Source: a candidate division FCPU426 bacterium
GTDB taxonomy: Bacteria > Oederibacteriota > Muellerivitia > Muellerivitales > Muellerivitaceae
NCBI GenBank assembly: GCA_963738405.1
Contig: CAVTWJ010000018.1
Location: 64,001-128,000 of the forward strand
Direction: 5' to 3'
Length of the DNA: 64,000 nt
In this document: piece after piece, positions 29,890 through 39,645 of the stretch
Layout: every line of letters begins with the position of its first letter
How positions within the stretch are numbered: the stretch's first letter is position 1
Notes under the pieces: model-generated
Told to the model about the DNA's origin: nothing
The model's input: only the letters and a program-made list of their open reading frames with translations
Databases searched by the model: none
Position numbers and translations under genes: made by a program

Positions 29890-30999
29890 ATGGAAAAAAT
29901 GAACTTTTCTAAACCATTCGTATTAGGAGCCGTGACTTCCTTTTTGGGACTCGTTTTATTAAGCGAGATGCTTCTTCGCCTGACGGTTCCAACGGGTTTC
30001 TGGTACCGCCATTTCGACTTATCCGCCGATTTCACAAGTTTGGCCGAGGTTCAAGACCGGTTGCGTTACGGGGCCCAGGGAAACCCTGTCGTTTTTGTAA
30101 TGGGTGACAGCGTATTGGGGGCCAGCGCCCTCATGGAACACCGCCTCCCAGGAGCCCGAACCCTGACTTTGGGGCGTTCCCTGGGCCGTGAGCTGGAACC
30201 GGATGGCATTCATGCCCTGACCCTTGGCGCCGATGGAATTCTTTTGCCAGATCTTTTGGCCCTTACCAGCGAGTTTCTTCCCCAATATGAAAAGATCTCA
30301 AATGGGCTTAAACCGCAAAAAATACTTTTGCTGCTGAATTTTCGTATGTTTTCTCAGGAATTCGCGTCCGGTCCCAAAGCCCTTTCCAGGGAATTTTTAA
30401 AGGAAAATTTGCCTCTTTCCCTGGCGGCGGCGCTTGGGACCGATCCTAAGAAGACGGATGAAAACAGGCTCAGCGATAAACTTTTTGAATTCCTTTGCCG
30501 GCACTTCTTTCTTTTCCGCGAATCCCAAATGGCGAAGACCCTTTGGTATTACCCAAACCAGAAAGATTTTTTCCAGCGCCAGTTGGAGAAAGTCATGGGG
30601 CCGTCGAAAGAAGAGGAGGATTTGGTGGAAGCGGGCTTGAAACTCAAGATCGCGACCTATTACCAGGCCTACCACTGGCCGGAAGACGGGATGCCCTTTC
30701 TAAGTCTGGCGCTTTTATTACAAAGGTTGAAGGAATCCAATATCCCGGTCGATGTGATTTTAACTCCCCAAAACCCGGCCTTTTTAGGGGAATACTTGGA
30801 CCGACCCAGTTTTGAATTCAACCGGAGGAATCTTCAGCTTTTCATGAAGGCCCATGGATTCAAGGGATTGGAGTACAGGGACTGGTCCAACCGATATGAA
30901 TCCCGCCTATTTCTGGATCATTGTCATTTGACCCCTGAGGGAAATCAGGCCTATGCCAGGGATTTGGCAGATCTGCTTGCGCGAAAGGAAAAAAGCTAA
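29890..30999 (+). CDS. Membrane-anchored SGNH-fold protein (DltD/AlgJ/PatB-like acyl acceptor-transferase)
   Basis: N-terminal TM helix, GDS motif (VMGDSV), C-terminal DHCH (DxxH); upstream of an MBOAT gene. Confidence 0.7.
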   Translation: MEKMNFSKPFVLGAVTSFLGLVLLSEMLLRLTVPTGFWYRHFDLSADFTSLAEVQDRLRYGAQGNPVVFVMGDSVLGASALMEHRLPGARTLTLGRSLGRELEPDGIHALTLGADGILLPDLLALTSEFLPQYEKISNGLKPQKILLLLNFRMFSQEFASGPKALSREFLKENLPLSLAAALGTDPKKTDENRLSDKLFEFLCRHFFLFRESQMAKTLWYYPNQKDFFQRQLEKVMGPSKEEEDLVEAGLKLKIATYYQAYHWPEDGMPFLSLALLLQRLKESNIPVDVILTPQNPAFLGEYLDRPSFEFNRRNLQLFMKAHGFKGLEYRDWSNRYESRLFLDHCHLTPEGNQAYARDLADLLARKEKS

Positions 31000-31118
31000 T
31001 GAACCATTCATTTCTGAAGGGCCTGGGTGTGGGAATGGTTTTGTTTTTGCTTTTCCTGGCCATCCTTCTTTTTTCCGGGGATCTTTCTGCTTCCAAGTTT
31101 ATTTATGTTGATTTTTAA
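30999..31118 (+). CDS. 39-aa DltX-like membrane micro-peptide
   Basis: MNHSFLKGLGVGMVLFLLFLAILLFSGDLSASKFIYVDF*; TAATG overlap with the upstream stop; one TM helix plus C-terminal FIYxxF. Confidence 0.8.
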   Translation: MNHSFLKGLGVGMVLFLLFLAILLFSGDLSASKFIYVDF

Positions 31119-31135
31119 AAACCGGGGAGCGCTTT

Positions 31136-32338
31136 TTGATATTTAATACGAGCTGGTTTCTTCTTTTTTTTCTCCTTTTTTATCCATTGCTTTGGCTGAT
31201 GCCGACTCCCCGGTTCCGACTGGTTTATACGCTTGTCTGCAGCGCCATTTTTCATTACCACTTCGCCGGACCTGCCGGAATAAAACCCATCATTGCCATG
31301 GCGGTTTTAACTTTTTTTTTCGCCCTCGGGATTGCGGCCAAGCGGCAGAAACCGGGAATGGGAAAGGGCCTTTATTTAGGAGCGGTTCTTATACCGGTTT
31401 TAGGGCTGTTATTTTTCAAGTATCAATACCTGCTGGTTACTTCCCTGGGAAACATGATGGGAGGAGACATGGGGAGTTGGTTTCAAACCCACGCCTATCA
31501 GCCGGCCCTGCCCCTGGCCATTTCTTTTTTCACCTTTGAATTTGTCCATTACCTGACGGACGTCTACCACGGCAGCGAACCGGTGAGAAATCCCGTTAAG
31601 TTCGGTATTTTCTGCATTTTTTTCCCTTCCATCGTTTCGGGCCCCATCAAACGCTACCAGCCTTTTCTGGCCCAGCTTCAGGAAGGTTTGAAAAGGCCCG
31701 AGGTGGAAAGGGCCTTGCTGGGATTGTTCCAGGTATTATTAGGCTTCTTCAAAAAACTGGTCATTGCGGATAACGCGACGATGGTCATCCATCTTCTTGA
31801 AAAAAGAACTGATCTGACCTTTGGACCCACCTGCCTTCTTTTGGCGCTTCTTTCTATCCGTATACTTTTCGACTTTTCCGGCTATAGCGACATCGCCATC
31901 GGCTTAGGCAAATTGATAGGCTTGGATCTGCCAATCAACTTTAATTTTCCTTACATTTCAAGAAATATCACGGAATTCTGGAGACGCTGGCACATATCCC
32001 TTAGCAGCTGGATTCGAGATTACATTTACATTTCCCTTGGTGGCAACCGTCACGGCTTGTTTAGAAAATTTTTGAACCTGATGGCGACCATGTTCGTGTG
32101 CGGATTGTGGCATGGAGCCAGCTGGCATTTCGGAATCTGGGGCCTCTATCATGGTTTGGGCTTGGTGCTCCACGGCATTTTTGAGAAAACCCGGGCCGGG
32201 CGCTGGTGGATTAACTTTCCTTTCAGTCGTTGGCTGGATATCGCGTTCACAAACCTCTTTGTCGCCTATGGGTGGCTTTTGTTTTTCTACCCGATGGATC
32301 AGGTGGAAAAATTCACGAGATGTCTTTTGAGTTTTTGA
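31136..32338 (+). CDS. MBOAT family O-acyltransferase (AlgI/DltB/PatA-like)
   Basis: LPLAISFFTF, SGPI, DFSGYSDIAIG, EFWRRWHISLS, GLWHG. Confidence 0.92.
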   Translation: MIFNTSWFLLFFLLFYPLLWLMPTPRFRLVYTLVCSAIFHYHFAGPAGIKPIIAMAVLTFFFALGIAAKRQKPGMGKGLYLGAVLIPVLGLLFFKYQYLLVTSLGNMMGGDMGSWFQTHAYQPALPLAISFFTFEFVHYLTDVYHGSEPVRNPVKFGIFCIFFPSIVSGPIKRYQPFLAQLQEGLKRPEVERALLGLFQVLLGFFKKLVIADNATMVIHLLEKRTDLTFGPTCLLLALLSIRILFDFSGYSDIAIGLGKLIGLDLPINFNFPYISRNITEFWRRWHISLSSWIRDYIYISLGGNRHGLFRKFLNLMATMFVCGLWHGASWHFGIWGLYHGLGLVLHGIFEKTRAGRWWINFPFSRWLDIAFTNLFVAYGWLLFFYPMDQVEKFTRCLLSF

Positions 32339-32398
32339 TGGGGTGGGCGTATCTTGATTAAGGGTTTTGTTCGTTTGAATGCATCATTGGGAGGAAAC

Positions 32399-32881
32399 AT
32401 GAAAATTGGGTTTATCTTTTTATTTCTAACGGTTGCCGCGGTGGTTTTGGCGCAGGACGCCACTCCAACACCTTTTGCGACAATTCCGACGGGACAATGG
32501 AAAACTTCATCCGTTCCCTGGGATGACTGGTTCCCCAAAAATGCGCTCGTGACGGATAAAGGGGATTACGTTCATTTCTTTTGGAATGCCGAGGACGCTA
32601 AGGAAAATTTCGCCGGCAAGGACCGCAAAGATCGGCTCGCTGATTCCGCGCTTGAATTGGCTGCGAAACTCCAACCCGCCGGTGCCAAGGCCGATCTCGC
32701 CAAGGTGGATATTGTTTTTGTATTGGAAAGGGATTCCTACGGCCAGCCTAAATGGGACAGTCTTCAAAGGGTGGCCCATTTTGAGTTTTCGCGGGCGAAA
32801 GCCTTAAAGGTGTTGAATGGAAAGGCCGCCTGGACCGCTGCCGCTATGAAAAAAGTTTTTACTGTTGCCCAGTACTTTTGA
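32399..32881 (+). CDS. Exported hypothetical protein
   Basis: Signal peptide MKIGF..VLA-Q; RBS GGAGG. Confidence 0.7.
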   Translation: MKIGFIFLFLTVAAVVLAQDATPTPFATIPTGQWKTSSVPWDDWFPKNALVTDKGDYVHFFWNAEDAKENFAGKDRKDRLADSALELAAKLQPAGAKADLAKVDIVFVLERDSYGQPKWDSLQRVAHFEFSRAKALKVLNGKAAWTAAAMKKVFTVAQYF

Positions 32882-33007
32882 TCCCTCTTTCATGATTCTC
32901 AGAGGCTAGGGTTGTAAGGCTGGTGTTGGTTGAAAAGGCCATTTTTTCGCTATAAACTACCAGCCCTCTCTCAGATCATGCCATTAGGTAAATGGTCGAT
33001 GGACCTT

Positions 33008-33084
33008 GGACATTTAGCTCAGCTGGTTAGAGCGTCGCGTTCACATCGCGAAGGTCACTGGTTCGAGTCCAGTAATGTCCACCA
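33008..33084 (+). tRNA. tRNA-Val (anticodon CAC)
   Basis: Acceptor GGACATT/AATGTCC, D arm GCTC..GAGC, anticodon arm TCGCG-TTCACAT-CGCGA, TTCGA T-loop, encoded CCA. Confidence 0.95.
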
Positions 33085-33089
33085 TAAAT

Positions 33090-33117
33090 GCCCCTCCCTT
33101 TTGGGCGGGGCTTTTTT
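33090..33117 (+). terminator. Rho-independent terminator after tRNA
   Basis: GCCCCTCCC-TTTT-GGGCGGGGC followed by T6. Confidence 0.75.
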
Positions 33118-33228
33118 ATTTGGGTTGTTTTATGGATTGAATGGACCTTAAGCATAATCACTGGATCTGTTCCTAAAAGGTTGGGTTCGGGATTTAAGCA
33201 TGCGGAAGGAAATTGATGGAGGCGTGAT

Positions 33229-35316
33229 TTGGGGAATTTTCTTAAAAATTCTTCCTGGCCGGGAAGGTTTTACAAAAGAAGCTTGAAGGGGAAGGCGGTT
33301 AAATGGCGCCCGATCCTTTTTTTCCTCATGGGACTTGGGGTATCCCTTCCCCAGAGTTCTTGGGCCGTTCGCCCCATGTACCATTCCATCGCCCTGGTGG
33401 CTGGCAGCGGTTCCCAGGGGTTCCTCGACGGATCTTTCACCTCGGCGCTTTTTAATAATCCTCTTGGATTGGCCATCAATAAAGATGGAACCCTGCTTTT
33501 TGTGGCCGATACGGGAAACAATCGCATCCGCGTTGTCCATCTTGACCAATCAAATAGGGTTTCAACCCTCACGGGCCAGGATTCCCCGGGGAGCCAGAAC
33601 GGTCCTTTGACAGTAGCCAATTTCAACCAACCCAGGGGTGTACTTTGCATCCCGGGGGAACGGCTCGTCGTCAATGACTTTGGCAACGGCTTACTGCGTC
33701 TTATAGACCTGAAAACCGGTTGGGTCTCCAATCTTGCTGGAGGTCCCACAGCCAATTTATCGGAAGGTCCCGCGTCCCAGGTATCTATGGGTGGAATCCG
33801 AGACATGGCCTATTTGCCGGAAGCCGACTCGCTTTTCTTAACCCAACCGGGGGAAAAATCGCTCAAAAGGCTGGATTTGAAAACCGGGGAAGTGACTTTT
33901 GTCCTGCGGGAAAACGCGGATATTCCGGCACCCATTTCGATTTGTGGGGTCGGAGGAAAACTTTACATTGCCGATTCGGATCGAATCTTCAGCATGAATT
34001 GGAAGGCCGGCTTGGACCCTAAAATCGCCTTGATCGCCACCCTCTCCTCAAATATACAGGCCCTGGCGGAAAACGGGGACCGGCTTTACGCGCTCAATTT
34101 AAACAGCGTGACACCGTTGGTGAGAGTTCTTCCCCAGCTGGAACCGGTGACTTTTACCACAACTTCCGGCGATGTGATGCCTGATCCGGGAAAAAACTTG
34201 CCCACCTTCTCGACCCAACAACCCCCTTGTTTCGTCTCTGATCCCACGGACGAAAGCAAATTTTTCATCATGAATCCGTCTCTCAACATCATCACATCCT
34301 TCAGGGATCTGTTTGGTCGCGAACCTGACTGGTACGCATGGAGGAATTCGAATGGTTTGAATGAAGACGAGTATCCAGCGCACAAGCCTCCCCGGACTTT
34401 CCGCATTCTCTTCTGTGGTGATTCCCGGTCCTGCGGGGTCGTCAATTACCCTTTCAAGACGACCTGGAATATCCAATCCTGGAAAAACGTGACCGGGGAC
34501 GTAAATGGGGCCCCTCCGCGCCAGGTCAGCATCGCCAAAAGGATGGAAGTCGAGCTGAATACACTCGCGGCCCTGGACGATTTACCTTTTAACTTTGAAG
34601 TCTTAAGTTTATTCCACAATGCCAACGATCCCCCCCTTCTCGTATGGCCGGCTTACGAAATCCCCGATGCGGTTAAAAAGAATGACATCGATTTAGTCAT
34701 GATTTTCTGGCCTCCCCCCGAAATTATGCCCGATCTCCCCCCTGTCATTTCTTATTACCAACGCCCTATTAATTCAGAGGGGATTCCCGAGAAATGTATC
34801 GATCCCGAGTATCTCTTGAAGCCTCTCCAGGAAAGAATTCCCGAGGGTGCGCCAAGGCAATTCTATGAAATGTGCAAAGCCCGTCATTTCGTCAGGGAGA
34901 GCGAGAGTTCTTATTTTTTCGATTTGAAAGTATACAAGGATCCGGCTTTTCGCGATCTCCTCATACAGCTGTACGGCAAACCCTTCGAAGTCCTAAAGAA
35001 AAAACTTTCCATTTTGAAAACCTCCGGGGGCCAACCCGTCCGGTTGCTTTTTTGTTCCGCCCATACGAGCGTATTTGACAAACCGGTGGAAGACCCGGTC
35101 ATGTGGAAGGAAATAACCAAAAATCTGGATATCTCCTTCCTGAATTTAAACGATGAAGTGTCGGCTTTAACACCTTCCTTTTTTCCCTTGGCTGAAGTCG
35201 GAGGGAATGACCATTTGGATCCGGACGGCCACCTTTTCTTCAGCTGGCTTCTAGTCCATGACCTCATTCGGGATGGATATTTGCCATGGGGCAAGACGCC
35301 TCCATCCAACCCCTGA
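33229..35316 (+). CDS. NHL-repeat beta-propeller fused to an SGNH-like domain
   Basis: FNNPLGLA..VADTGNNRIR, FNQPRGV repeats; RILFCGDS and NDHLDPDGH in the C-terminal half. Confidence 0.7.
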   Translation: MGNFLKNSSWPGRFYKRSLKGKAVKWRPILFFLMGLGVSLPQSSWAVRPMYHSIALVAGSGSQGFLDGSFTSALFNNPLGLAINKDGTLLFVADTGNNRIRVVHLDQSNRVSTLTGQDSPGSQNGPLTVANFNQPRGVLCIPGERLVVNDFGNGLLRLIDLKTGWVSNLAGGPTANLSEGPASQVSMGGIRDMAYLPEADSLFLTQPGEKSLKRLDLKTGEVTFVLRENADIPAPISICGVGGKLYIADSDRIFSMNWKAGLDPKIALIATLSSNIQALAENGDRLYALNLNSVTPLVRVLPQLEPVTFTTTSGDVMPDPGKNLPTFSTQQPPCFVSDPTDESKFFIMNPSLNIITSFRDLFGREPDWYAWRNSNGLNEDEYPAHKPPRTFRILFCGDSRSCGVVNYPFKTTWNIQSWKNVTGDVNGAPPRQVSIAKRMEVELNTLAALDDLPFNFEVLSLFHNANDPPLLVWPAYEIPDAVKKNDIDLVMIFWPPPEIMPDLPPVISYYQRPINSEGIPEKCIDPEYLLKPLQERIPEGAPRQFYEMCKARHFVRESESSYFFDLKVYKDPAFRDLLIQLYGKPFEVLKKKLSILKTSGGQPVRLLFCSAHTSVFDKPVEDPVMWKEITKNLDISFLNLNDEVSALTPSFFPLAEVGGNDHLDPDGHLFFSWLLVHDLIRDGYLPWGKTPPSNP

Positions 35317-35431
35317 TCGAGAGGCCGGTTCCTCCCATGAGCTCAAAGGGAGCGGTGTCATAGGTTGGGATGAACAAAGGTTTAAAAAGTCGGGAAAGAT
35401 ACGATCAAAGAATCTGTTACAATAGCTTTAT

Positions 35432-36121
35432 ATGTGCACTCGATATGTATTGAAAAGTCCTTCGAAGGCCATTTCCCAATTATTCAAGCTGGAAAAGACG
35501 TTTGAATGGAAATCCAGCTATAACATCGCGCCTTCCCAAACCGTCCCCGCGGTCATTCGTCCGATGGAAAATAAAAAAAGAGAAATCAAAATGCTCCGAT
35601 GGGGCTTCGTGGCTTCTTGGACCCAGGGCGGGCGGTTGGTCGTGAATACACGCTCGGAAGACATTCAGGATCGGCCCCTTTTTCAGGAAAGTTTCGAGCA
35701 CTGGCGCTGTTTGGTGCCCATGGACGGGTTTTACGAATGGCGCCATGAGGCCAAGGAAACCCGCCCTTATTATTTTAAGATGAAGGATGAAAAACCTTTC
35801 GCGGTGGCTGGAATTTGGGCCACACAGAAGTTGGAAACGGGTACGGTAGATTCCGTGAGCCTCATGACCACTACCCCCAATGAAGCGGTGAGGGCTATTC
35901 ATGACCGGATGCCCGTGATTCTTGAAGAAAAGGACTTTGGCCTGTGGTTGGATATTGAAGACGTGCGGGATTTTAAGAAATTGCGGGAATTATTAAGACC
36001 CTTTCCTGCCGAGAAAATGACCAGTATTCCGGTCAGCTCCAAAGTCAATAAGACGACTTTTGACGAATCCGGTTGCATTGAAATCTCATACGAACCGGAA
36101 ACCCTTTCCTTCAATTTTTGA
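35432..36121 (+). CDS. SOS response-associated peptidase (SRAP, YedK/HMCES family)
   Basis: MC N-terminus, YNIAPSQ, RCLVPMDGFYEW, IHDRMPVIL. Confidence 0.92.
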   Translation: MCTRYVLKSPSKAISQLFKLEKTFEWKSSYNIAPSQTVPAVIRPMENKKREIKMLRWGFVASWTQGGRLVVNTRSEDIQDRPLFQESFEHWRCLVPMDGFYEWRHEAKETRPYYFKMKDEKPFAVAGIWATQKLETGTVDSVSLMTTTPNEAVRAIHDRMPVILEEKDFGLWLDIEDVRDFKKLRELLRPFPAEKMTSIPVSSKVNKTTFDESGCIEISYEPETLSFNF

Positions 36122-36126
36122 TCTTT

Positions 36127-36585
36127 TTATTTTTTGAAAGTGGCGAAGTTAGAAGGGGTTTCCCACAGGGTGAGCTCTTGCAAGACTACCTTTTCCCTTT
36201 TCAGCACAGGCTCCAGCCTCTTCCAAATGACCACCAGAAGGTTCTCCACCGTGGTCTGGAAAAGCGGGTCGCTTTTGAAGGGTTCCACTTCCCGGTTGAT
36301 GAACCGATGATCCAATGAATCGAAAATTTCCCGCTTTAATATTTCTTTTAAAATTTTAAAATCCACCACAAAACCGGTTTCGGGATGGATAGGGCCCTTA
36401 ACGGTCACCCGGAGGCGGTAAGAATGCCCGTGCGGATAAAGGCTGGCTTGAGGGTCATCCTTTCGGAATCCGGAGCATTTTTTAAATATCTCCAGATTTT
36501 TGTCCCGGTTCCATTTGGGATGATGCAGGTAATGGGCTGCCTCAAAAGTTATTTCCTTGGTGAGTTCAAGCAGAATGCGTTTCAT
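36127..36585 (-). CDS. queD: 6-carboxytetrahydropterin / 6-pyruvoyl-tetrahydropterin synthase
   Basis: FEAAH, C..HGHSY, GFVVDF, LDH, TVEN, ETP. Confidence 0.8.
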   Translation of the reverse strand: MKRILLELTKEITFEAAHYLHHPKWNRDKNLEIFKKCSGFRKDDPQASLYPHGHSYRLRVTVKGPIHPETGFVVDFKILKEILKREIFDSLDHRFINREVEPFKSDPLFQTTVENLLVVIWKRLEPVLKREKVVLQELTLWETPSNFATFKK

Positions 36586-36616
36586 GGAAGCCTCGATGGG
36601 GAAACGGGAAAGGGGT

Positions 36617-38263
36617 TCAATTTTCCGGTTCCTTGAATTTTTGGGCGATGGGGACCCGTCGTCCCAGGCCAAAGGCCTTTGTCGTGACCTTGAGACCGGG
36701 AGCCATCTGTCGGCGCTTGTATTCGTTTCGGTTGATCATCTTTAGAACGTTTTGTACCAGATCCTTTTCGAACCCCGCTTTTTTAAGCTTGGAAGGCGGC
36801 TGGTTTTCCTCAATGTAAAGTCGAAGGATGCCGTCCAAGAGGTCATAGGGGGGCAGTGAATCCTGATCCTTTTGGTCAGGCCGCAATTCCGCGGAGGGGG
36901 GTTTTTCAAAAACCGCTTCAGGTATCAGGGGCTTGATCCGGTTTGCGTGTCTCGACAGTTGATACACCATTCCCTTGGGAACGTCTGAAATGACCGCCAA
37001 ACCTCCGCACATGTCGCCGTAAAGGGTGCAATAGCCGACCGCCAATTCACTTTTGTTGCCGGTGGAGAGAACCAACCGGTTGAACTTGTTAGATAAAGCC
37101 ATCAACAGTAACCCCCGCAGGCGGGCCTGGATATTTTCCTCAGTGGTGTCGGGGGTTAGCCCTTCGAAAATAGGTTTCAAGGCCGCGAGAGACGCTTGGT
37201 AAAGAGGCGTTATGGGAATTTCTTTGAATTCAATCTGTAGGGCTTCAGCCAATTGCCGCGAATCCTCAATGGAACCCATGGAGGAAAAGGGGGAAGGCAT
37301 GGTGACGCCCATGACATTGACGCTGCCCAGGGCCTCGGAGGCGATGGCCGCCACTAGGGCCGAATCAATGCCGCCGGACAAGCCCACGAGCACCTTTTCA
37401 AAACCGCATTTGCGCACGTAATCCCGGGTGCCTGTCACCAGGGCCTGGTAAATCCATCCAACCTCGGTGCTCGGGGGAGGAGGGTTTTTGGCGGAAGGGT
37501 TTTCGGTGTCATAAACAAAAAAATCCTCCTCAAAGGCCTTTCCCACCTGAAAAAGATTTCCTGCCCCATCCATCACCATGCTGCAGCCGTCAAAGACCAG
37601 TTCGTCATTACCGCCAACCAGGTTGCAATAGAGTATGGGTGCGCCTGTTTTCTTGGTCACTTTCTTTAAAAGGGCCTGACGCACGGGAAGTTTGGCGGCG
37701 TGAAAAGGTGAAGCGGACAGATTTAATATTAGATCCGGTTTCCCTTTGGCGATCTCAACCACAGGGTCTTTTTCATATAAGCGGTTCGGGAATACCCCCT
37801 CCGCGTTCCAAATGTCCTCGCAGAGGGTCATGCCGATCTTGAGTCCACCATATAAAAATGGCGGAGTGGGGTGGGGAGCGGGCGCGAAATAGCGAGCCTC
37901 ATCGAAAACGTCATAATTAGGAAGAAGAACCTTATGGTAAGTATGGAGAACCTTTCCATCCTTGACCGCGACGGCGGAATTAAATAGGGCTGGCCCTTTT
38001 CCTTTGTTTTCAAGGATAGTGCCTACCACGGCTAAAATTCCCTTAGAGGCCTTGGCCACTTGGTCGAGAGCCCTTTGGGCGGCCTCAAAAAAGGAGAAGC
38101 GGTCTAAGAGATCCCTGGGGGGATAACCCGTCAGGGTTAACTCGGGAAAAAGGGCCATCTCACAACCTTGGGCCTTGGCTTTCTCAAGGGAAAGGATCAC
38201 TTTGGCGATATTGCCGTCAAAGTCGCCCACCGTAGTGTTAATCTGGCAAATGGCGATTTTCAT
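36617..38263 (-). CDS. nadE: Glutamine-dependent NAD+ synthetase
   Basis: Nitrilase-like domain (FPEL, K..LPNY..FDE, CED) plus GLSGGIDS, ENIQAR, GNKSE, PSAEL. Confidence 0.95.
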   Translation of the reverse strand: MKIAICQINTTVGDFDGNIAKVILSLEKAKAQGCEMALFPELTLTGYPPRDLLDRFSFFEAAQRALDQVAKASKGILAVVGTILENKGKGPALFNSAVAVKDGKVLHTYHKVLLPNYDVFDEARYFAPAPHPTPPFLYGGLKIGMTLCEDIWNAEGVFPNRLYEKDPVVEIAKGKPDLILNLSASPFHAAKLPVRQALLKKVTKKTGAPILYCNLVGGNDELVFDGCSMVMDGAGNLFQVGKAFEEDFFVYDTENPSAKNPPPPSTEVGWIYQALVTGTRDYVRKCGFEKVLVGLSGGIDSALVAAIASEALGSVNVMGVTMPSPFSSMGSIEDSRQLAEALQIEFKEIPITPLYQASLAALKPIFEGLTPDTTEENIQARLRGLLLMALSNKFNRLVLSTGNKSELAVGYCTLYGDMCGGLAVISDVPKGMVYQLSRHANRIKPLIPEAVFEKPPSAELRPDQKDQDSLPPYDLLDGILRLYIEENQPPSKLKKAGFEKDLVQNVLKMINRNEYKRRQMAPGLKVTTKAFGLGRRVPIAQKFKEPEN

Positions 38264-38324
38264 GAAGCCCCATATGGAACCGGCAAGTTGATTGTGCCGG
38301 AGTGATTTGAGGGCCTAGTGTAAG

Positions 38325-38870
38325 GTGAAGGAAGGGCTAAGTCAAAAAGGGAGGGTTTGGGTGGTATTTGGGGTCTTGGCCGATACGGCGGGGTTGTTAA
38401 CCCTTTCCGATTTGAATTTACTTCGGCGCGCCTTCAAGGGCGTGGATGCCATTTTGCACGCGGGGCCCGTGGGGGATCTGCGGGTCCTGGAACAACTCTC
38501 CCAATTGGCTCCCACCAAGGGGGTTTGCGGAAACGCCGAAAGCTCCATCGTGCGGTCCGAAATGTATGTTCGGATCGCCTGGCGACAAGGCGCTCTCACC
38601 ATGGGACTCATCCACGGATACGGAAAACCGCAGCATCTGAAACAGTTTTTGTTGCGTCAATTCGAGGAAGATCCTGTTCAAGTCATTGTCTATGGAAGCA
38701 ATTTTGAGCCCCTGGCCCGGCAATACGGTGAAACATTCTTTTTCAATCCGGGATCCTTTTCGGGAAGACAACCCGAAGGTCAAAAGGGAACTGGAAAAAG
38801 AAGGGTCGGTCTCCTCTATATCCAAGGGCGTAAAGTGGAAGGCCAACCCGGGATTCTTTTGGCCCCTTGA
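38325..38870 (+). CDS. YfcE/MJ0936/Vps29-fold metallophosphoesterase homolog with degenerate metal ligands
   Basis: ADTAG, ILHAGP, VCGNAE, IHG, YGSNF, NPGS. Confidence 0.65.
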   Translation: MKEGLSQKGRVWVVFGVLADTAGLLTLSDLNLLRRAFKGVDAILHAGPVGDLRVLEQLSQLAPTKGVCGNAESSIVRSEMYVRIAWRQGALTMGLIHGYGKPQHLKQFLLRQFEEDPVQVIVYGSNFEPLARQYGETFFFNPGSFSGRQPEGQKGTGKRRVGLLYIQGRKVEGQPGILLAP

Positions 38871-38944
38871 CATAAGCCCAAGGAATGATCGTATAATTAA
38901 TTGACTGATAACCGTTTTCATTTGACGGAAGAAGTGAGGAACAA

Positions 38945-39268
38945 ATGCTTCAACTGACCGATTCGGCGATTACCAAGGTCAAGGATTTCGCCACCAAGAA
39001 CGCCTCCTACCAAGGAAAAACCTTCAGGGTCTATGTCCAAGGGGGAGGCTGCAACGGCTTCTCTTATGGTTTTGCTTTCGACCAAAAGCGGGATGACGAC
39101 GAAGTAACCAAAGCGGGGGATGTGGAAGTGCTGGTGGACCCCCAAAGCGCCCGTTACCTGAACGGTTCGAAGATTGATTACGTTGAGGATTTGAAAGGGG
39201 CCGGATTCGTGATTGAAAACCCCAATACCACCGGAACTTGCGGGTGCGGAAATAGCGTTAGCTTCTAA
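38945..39268 (+). CDS. erpA: A-type Fe-S carrier (ErpA/IscA)
   Basis: GGGCNGFSY, NPN..TCGCGNS. Confidence 0.88.
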   Translation: MLQLTDSAITKVKDFATKNASYQGKTFRVYVQGGGCNGFSYGFAFDQKRDDDEVTKAGDVEVLVDPQSARYLNGSKIDYVEDLKGAGFVIENPNTTGTCGCGNSVSF

Positions 39269-39293
39269 ACTTAAAGTTTAAACTTAATTTCAT

Positions 39294-39316
39294 AAAAGCG
39301 GCCTTGGCCGCTTTTT
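39294..39316 (+). terminator. Rho-independent terminator
   Basis: AAAAGCGGCC-TT-GGCCGCTTTT plus further T residues. Confidence 0.7.
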
Positions 39317-39344
39317 GTTTTTTGGGGGCATTGAAAGGCCACGT

Positions 39345-39590
39345 ATGGAAACCATGGAAAAAGTTGTTTTAAACACCGATATTTTGGCGGGGATGGACGG
39401 GAAAGTGAATGAAGCTTCCGTCCAACTGAAATATCCCCAATTCAATCCAGAAGATTACCGGGGCAAGCATGTGGTGGTAAAGGGCTGCGCGCCCACCTGG
39501 ACGGTGATGCTGCTTCAGCATAAGCTTCAGGGGGTCGCGGTCAAGTTATCGTTCGTTTTGTATGACGGCAAGGAATACCCCATTTATTGA
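39345..39590 (+). CDS. Small hypothetical protein (DUF2480-like)
   Basis: YRGKHVVVKGCAPTWTVML pattern. Confidence 0.5.
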   Translation: METMEKVVLNTDILAGMDGKVNEASVQLKYPQFNPEDYRGKHVVVKGCAPTWTVMLLQHKLQGVAVKLSFVLYDGKEYPIY

Positions 39591-39645
39591 TTTTGCCTCG
39601 CGGTTTTATCCCCCAAGTCCCCATCTCAAACCTAAAATCTCCTCT

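Noticed and set aside
32930..33151. 73-aa ORF across the tRNA
   Set aside because: Overlaps a well-formed tRNA and its terminator
33008..35430. Island integrated at tRNA-Val
   Set aside because: I found no repeat of the tRNA 3' end and no integrase; an ordinary terminator follows the tRNA
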